A stretch of 64,000 nt of DNA, from contig OZ024755.1 in the NCBI GenBank assembly GCA_964016885.1, positions 25,358,001-25,422,000 on the forward strand. The letters run 5' to 3'. Position 1 is the first letter of the stretch, and each line of letters starts with the position of its first letter. The notes beneath the pieces were generated by a model. It was not told the origin of the DNA, searched no databases, and saw only the letters and a list, made by a program, of their open reading frames with translations. The DNA comes from Eledone cirrhosa. Its lineage: Eukaryota. A program made the translations under genes and the position numbers. This document shows positions 57,640 through 64,000 of the stretch, one piece after another.

Positions 57640-59052
57640 CATGTACGCGTGTGTGTAGGTGTGTATGTGTGTTGTGTGTGTGTGTTGTGTGTATATATAC
57701 ATACACTACTGACGTGGAGTGCTTTTGGATTGCTTAAACCGGCTTATCCTTGTGGCGTTACAGCGTAACCTCCACAGATAAGCACGTTGATTATCTGCAC
57801 TATATATATAAGAATCGATCCTCTAATAACTTTACTCTCAGATCTTCATGTAACATTGTGCCTATATAATTGAGCAGACACTCATATTATGGATCTGTTT
57901 GTCTAGACAATTTCTAACTCTTAAATTATATATATATATATATATACGGGCGTATGTAAGGCGAGTGATTAAGAATTTCCTGAAGTCTCAATTACGGTCC
58001 CATTGCGTAGAATCTTGGGTAAGTGTTTTATTATAATCTCAGGTTGCCTCCACGCTATGTGAAGCAAAATGGGTAGACGTAGACAGAAACTGTTTGGAAG
58101 CCTGTCTGATGGATTGCCCCAGTGATTCAAATTTTTACCATGTCCCATATTGCGTCACATTGATTCTACTTGAGAAGTACGTTAATGACACACGTATAGT
58201 TGGAATACTCAGCCACTTACACTATAATGAAGAAAGGACTGCACCTGCAATTCAACTGTCTCACGCTAATTCGGCTTGGGAATTACATTAAGGTATATGT
58301 GTCTGTGGAAAATCCAAGCATTTATATGATAATTAACGAGCTGGACGCTCAGTAGGTCGAACAACTGAATGGTCATCGTCGAAACCGAAGGAGGACCCAT
58401 CATATCGGCTTTATATCCAATAAATATCCGATATATATATATTGGATATGTCTCGATAGAACAGTCAGCGAATCATGCAAAAGAAAAAAACAGTAATCAG
58501 CCATCCATGTCCTAGGAACACAAATAGCAGCAGGGATTAAACAAATAAATATTGGAAGGAAGGAGGGAACAAAGAAAGAAAGAAAGAAAGAAAGAAAGAG
58601 GAAGAGCGAAAGAGAGAAAGAAAGAAAGAGAGGGGGAGTAAGAAAGACAGAAACAAAACAAACAAAGAAAAGAAGAAGAGAAGAAAGGAAGATGGAAAGA
58701 AAGAAAGAAAGAGACGAAACATGTCTTAACGCGTCTTCGAATATACGGACATTATGTGTGCGTGTGTATATATGTTTGTATGTGTGTGTATATATGTTTG
58801 TATGTGTGTGTGTATATGTTTGTATGTGTGTGAGAGGTGCTGTGTGAGGTGGGGTGCAGAGTGTTTTAGTGTGTGTTTGTATCAGGGAGAGTGCATGTAT
58901 GTTTGTGTGTGTTCGTGTATTTGTATGGTTGTCTACATCTTTGTTTTTCTGTGTTGGTGTGCGTGCGCACATTATTAATAATCAATCATTAATGGTCCTA
59001 TCGACTCCAACCTACTAATCACGTTCACATAAACATAACATATGTACATATG

Positions 59053-59084
<32 letters not shown>

Positions 59085-59150
59085 CGTAGGTCCCGGGTTG
59101 AGTCGGGGATAACCACAGTAAGTAAGGTACTCAATACATGGCAGAGTAAA

Positions 59151-59248
59151 ATATATTTATTGTATAGAAGGAGCTTCTACAGGACTAGTACTGTTTCATT
59201 CAGATCTGAATGAAACAGTACTAGTCCTGTAGAAGGTCCTTCTATACA

Positions 59249-59258
<10 letters not shown>
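59151..59258. repeat. 108-bp palindrome carrying the hammerhead 3' half on each strand
   Basis: Symmetric about 59204/59205, one mismatch; GAAACAG-TACTAGTC-CTGTA-GAAG homologous to the HHR at 35874-35920. Confidence 0.85.
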
Positions 59259-59321
<63 letters not shown>

Positions 59322-59324
59322 TAA

Positions 59325-59363
<39 letters not shown>

Positions 59364-59528
59364 TTATAACTGCTCTGTAAATCATCTGATGTTATTACAT
59401 TGAGCTATTTAACTTACTGGTAATAAGGTAGTAGTATATTACTGCCTACCACTATTTAGGGTTTATAAAAATATATATAACTACAAAAGTTTTTGTATTT
59501 GCATAACCATAAATAGTATAATTAATAC

Positions 59529-59661
<133 letters not shown>

Positions 59662-60646
59662 AGATATACATGCATACAAACATAATACATACATACACAC
59701 ATATGTGTCTGTGTGAATGTGTTAGCTAAACGGTTGTGTGTAATTTGAAGGAAATGTAGCTTCTACTTCTAGCAAACCTGTCTACCAATTAGAGGCTCTC
59801 GCATTACCTGGACAGAGGAATATACTGCTTTTCTCAGCAGTTGAAAAAAAGAAACCGATCGTCAGAGTGGACAAAAGAAACAATGTTTCCTTTGGCCTTG
59901 CCTGGCAAAAGGCGGGATTTGAACTCAGAACACACAGAACTGAATCATGTACAGTTCCTGGGAAAGTACTTTACTTATTGAAAAGAAGGTAAATTAAAGA
60001 AAAGGTAAATTTGACTTCAGCAGAATTTGAGTCCAGGTTATAGGAAATCGGAGAAAATACATTTAATCCGGCGCTCCTACAATTCTGCAAATTTGCTACA
60101 CATAAGCAAATCATTGCTGATACGACCTGCTTTTCGAAACCCCTGGCGGGATTTGAACTCAGAACACGCAGACCAGGTGAAACACCGCAATGCACCCCGT
60201 CCGCCTCTTTCAACATTTACACAAATCCATCGCTCCTAGACTGGCGGTTTCAGTATAATGCATGAAACCAGTAAAAGAAGAGTACACTCTAATTAGTACA
60301 AATATCTCTTATAATGACACATGAAATAGATTTTTTTCAAACGTCCAGAAAAACTTCCATAACAAATAATTATTAAAACTGGTTCAAAAATGTAATGAGA
60401 TAAATCTTTTGTCAATATAGATTTAAACATTAAATAGAGCATATCTGTGGAAATATTTCAGACGAAGTCGTCTTTTGTCAGAGTTGTTGTTGACACCAGT
60501 TGAACAAGTCATGGGAGAATGATTTCAAACTTGCCTGTAGATCTTTTCTGATTACTGTTTCGGCTGGAAACAAAGGTTTACACACACCCTAAATCACTGT
60601 CCTAGAAAGGAATTCATCGCTCAGCGCTGATCTGAGCTACGAAATA

Positions 60647-60860
60647 TAATGGTTTCATATATAGGCACAAGGCCAGCAATTTTGGGGGAAGGGAAAGTCG
60701 ATTAAATCGACCCCAGTGCGTGACTGGTACTTTATTTTATCGACACCGTAAGGATGAAAGGCAAAGTTAACCTCGGCGGGATTTGAACTCAGATCATAAA
60801 AGGCTGTATACTGCAAAACATGGCGTCCGACCCTCTACCGATACTGCCAATCCACTGCCC
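60647..60860 (-). mobile_element. tRNA/Deu(Nin)-type SINE, long form, with TSD
   Basis: TSD AGCTACGAAATATAAT on both sides. Confidence 0.92.
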
Positions 60861-60936
60861 TTAAGCTACGAAATATAATTAAAAAAACAAACAGCGAGTC
60901 AGGTATGTGCATGTGTGTATATATATTTGTATATAT

Positions 60937-61121
60937 ATTGTTTCTACTTTTGGCACAAGGCCAGCAATTACCCAGTGCATTACTGGTACTTTATTTTATC
61001 GACCCCGTAGGGATGAAAGGCAAAGTTAACCTCGGCTGGATTTGAACTCAGAATGGCAAGGGCCGTAACTCCATGTCTCAAAGCATGGTGTCCGACCCTC
61101 TACCGATACTGCTAATCCACC
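60937..61121 (-). mobile_element. tRNA/Deu(Nin)-type SINE, short form
   Basis: Match to family. Confidence 0.9.
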
Positions 61122-61590
61122 ATTTGTATATATATATATATTTGTATATATATATATATATATGTATACAAATTGTATTTGGGAAACGCAAATAAGATCA
61201 AGACATATTTACCTATTATTCAGACCGTCCCCACTGCAGTTTCATTGAGCAACCTCAGCAAATTTATGCTGTGAAAATCTCAAATGTGGTATGGGAACAT
61301 TTTCAAACAAGAAAAGATTCAACTGAGTTATCCACTACCAGCAATAATTTTGAATGGGCGAATTATCACGTGATTGGCATCCTACAGAGGTGCACAGGTA
61401 TGTGGACAATGCAAATGAAAAGGCTGCTACCAAATTATCTACTCGCCAGTAAGCGAGTAATTAATTGGTATCTGTTGGACACTCTCATATTTATAAATTT
61501 ATAAATTTATTATAAATTTATTATAATAAATTGAAGTGAAAGCAACTGGTGCGTGCGTTTCTTATTGGCAACATGACCCTCCCAAAGGAT

Positions 61591-61634
<44 letters not shown>

Positions 61635-61702
61635 GGTGAAATATATTTCTTATTTAAAGAAATATATACAAAGGATATTATTCATTTTAAAAGGTATCTT
61701 TA

Positions 61703-61890
61703 GGGCGGTAGATTGGCAGTATCGGTAGAGGGTCGGACGCCATGCTTTCCAGCATAGTTACGTCCCTTTACGATCTGAGTTCAAATCGCGCCGAGGTTGA
61801 CTTTGCCTTTCATCCTTACGGGGTCGATAAAATATAGTACCAGTAATGCACTGGGTAATTGCTGGCCTTGTGCCTAAAGTAGAAACAATT
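61703..61890 (+). mobile_element. tRNA/Deu(Nin)-type SINE with TSD
   Basis: TSD ATTATTCATTTTAAAAGGTATCT on both sides. Confidence 0.92.
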
Positions 61891-62264
61891 ATTCATTTTA
61901 AAAGGTATCTACATTTGAAGTTCTAGTTAAACTTTAATTAGTTACCTACCTAGCTATGTGTGCTTACACACTTTACAAATTATTCCCTGAGATTGTTTCA
62001 TGTGTTTATTATATATATGTGTCAATCTATTTCTAGTTGATATAAAATGCTCGGAACTATTCTTTGAGCTTATTCTGCAGTGAATATGGCGCATGTTCTC
62101 AGACATGACAACCTTACCTTAATTTAATTTTGTATATATATATATATATATAACAAAGAAGGTGTGGTAAGATACCAGGAGGACCATAACGCACCAGAGT
62201 ACTCGATACTTAGGGTGGGAAAGGCCGGAGCTCAGCCGTCGGGTCCTGACTCTTTTCCTACATA

Positions 62265-62296
<32 letters not shown>

Positions 62297-62607
62297 GAAT
62301 ATAAAAGAAAAACGAACACAGATATATACATATAAAGAGACCATTTTGAGTTCCTAACTCAATATATACCATCGAGTATGGCCATTGCACGATATGACAT
62401 TATTAATAATTATTAATTAATTCTATCGTGCAATGCCTGTGCGTGAAGATATTTTTTAAAGTGAGGAAAGACTGTGCACTGAGCCAATCCCACTCTCTGA
62501 GCAACAGTAGCTATAACCCGAAAAGAAGAAAAGATCAACATCATCGGTAACTACTGAACCGCAGGTTTTATATCGGAGTTATCCCAGTTTCTTGAGTTGC
62601 TTTCTCC

Positions 62608-62639
<32 letters not shown>

Positions 62640-62814
62640 CATACATACATACATATACATGCATACATGTACATACATACATACATACATACATACATAC
62701 ATACATACATACATACATACATACATACATACATACATACATGTATGTATGTACATACATACATACATACATACATACATACATACATACATACATACAT
62801 ACATACATACATAC

Positions 62815-63425
62815 ATGGTGGCTGCCAACTCGTTTTCGAGTACGGCCACTACTTTATATCCATGTAGGAGAACCCCTACCGATGCGCTGAACGAGTGTGA
62901 CTTTTTAGTCCAGCCAGCCACTTGAAAACTCTGGTACAAACACTACACTTCTGACAATTATTGACACATAGTGCTGGGCCCATGGTACCATGTGATGACA
63001 AGTGCAGAGAGATCTCCAGATATAAAGCAATGCCTGTGCCGTGAATCTTTTATAGTGAGCAAAGGCACTGCACAAAGCCAGTCCCACTCTCTTAACCAAG
63101 ATGATATTTACCAAAAAGAAGAACAAGTCAACATCATTGGATACCATCAGGGTTGCAGGTGTTATATCAGAGTTTTCCTTCTCCTAGAATTCTGCCTTGA
63201 CAAAGGCTAAGGGGTCATCTCTCCCGGTGATTTTGGATGGCCATTGACTCTTACGAGCTCCTTTGCCCTTTGACAGGTTTTGTTTTTAGTCCTGCAGGAT
63301 GTCCAAAGTCACCCTCCTCACCAAGAAACCTTGGTGGGAGTTGCCAGTTTAGTCGCCAACGATCCGACCATGAGACAGGTTGTACTGGGATACATGTTAC
63401 CAGTAGCACCAACTGGTGACCTGAC
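62815..63425 (-). mobile_element. Bipartite RTE-derived element, copy 5
   Basis: Near-identical to the other copies; (TACA)n on both sides. Confidence 0.9.
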
Positions 63426-64000
63426 ATACATACATACATACATACATACATACATACATACATACATACATACATACATACATACATACATGTATATATG
63501 TATGTAAAAATTTAAGAGAAACAACAGTACAATGAAGAAATATATTGGTTTAACGTTTGATATAATAGGGGACGAGTCTGTACGTTTCTGACAGTAGTCT
63601 TTCATCAGAAGATAGAAAAATAGATAGAAAGAATAAGAACAGGAAGAAGAAAAGATACAGAGAAGAGGAATAAATAGTAAAATAGTCATTGAGGATGTCA
63701 CATATTGTGTGACGAATGACGTTTGACAAAATAAGCAACAACTAATGATAATAAAGCTGAAGGGAACTTGAAATATTGCGTGATTTTATTAGTAAAATTG
63801 GCAAAATACTTATCATGCGACGATCGTATCTGATTCTACAGGTCACAGGCTCCTCAGACGAGTATAAACATAGTTACTCTTTTCTAAATTTCACTCAAGA
63901 TTCACTGACAACGTCGAGGCTATAGCAGAAACATTTGTCCCTGGTGCCACACAGTACGAGTGTAACCGAAAGCATTGAATGCTGGCCAAAGCTAAGCTGG

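Overview
Eukaryotic, AT-rich DNA saturated with microsatellites. The SINE/LINE repertoire resembles coleoid cephalopod (Octopus-like) genomes; this is inferred from repeat motifs, not searched. Almost all listed ORFs are microsatellite artefacts. The only host coding sequence I can support is the terminal exon (10057-10357, +) of an RBM24/RBM38-type RNA-binding protein gene. The rest is mobile DNA: (i) many short hammerhead-ribozyme (HHR)-bearing elements of Penelope-like pLTR type sitting in (TA)n tracts, several as long near-perfect palindromes, two of which seem to fold back inside HHR stem II; (ii) a young ~610-bp bipartite non-autonomous RTE derivative, always embedded in (TACA)n, with a covarying structured 5' end, a C2H2-finger remnant and one twin-priming-like 5' inversion; (iii) about 15-20 copies of a tRNA/Deu(Nin)-type SINE with ATTAT-initiated TSDs; (iv) a 6.1-kb satellite of a 52-bp unit with 360-bp higher-order repeats; (v) fragments of Tx1, CRE, RTE and R4/Dong LINEs, Helitrons, and hAT and mariner MITEs.
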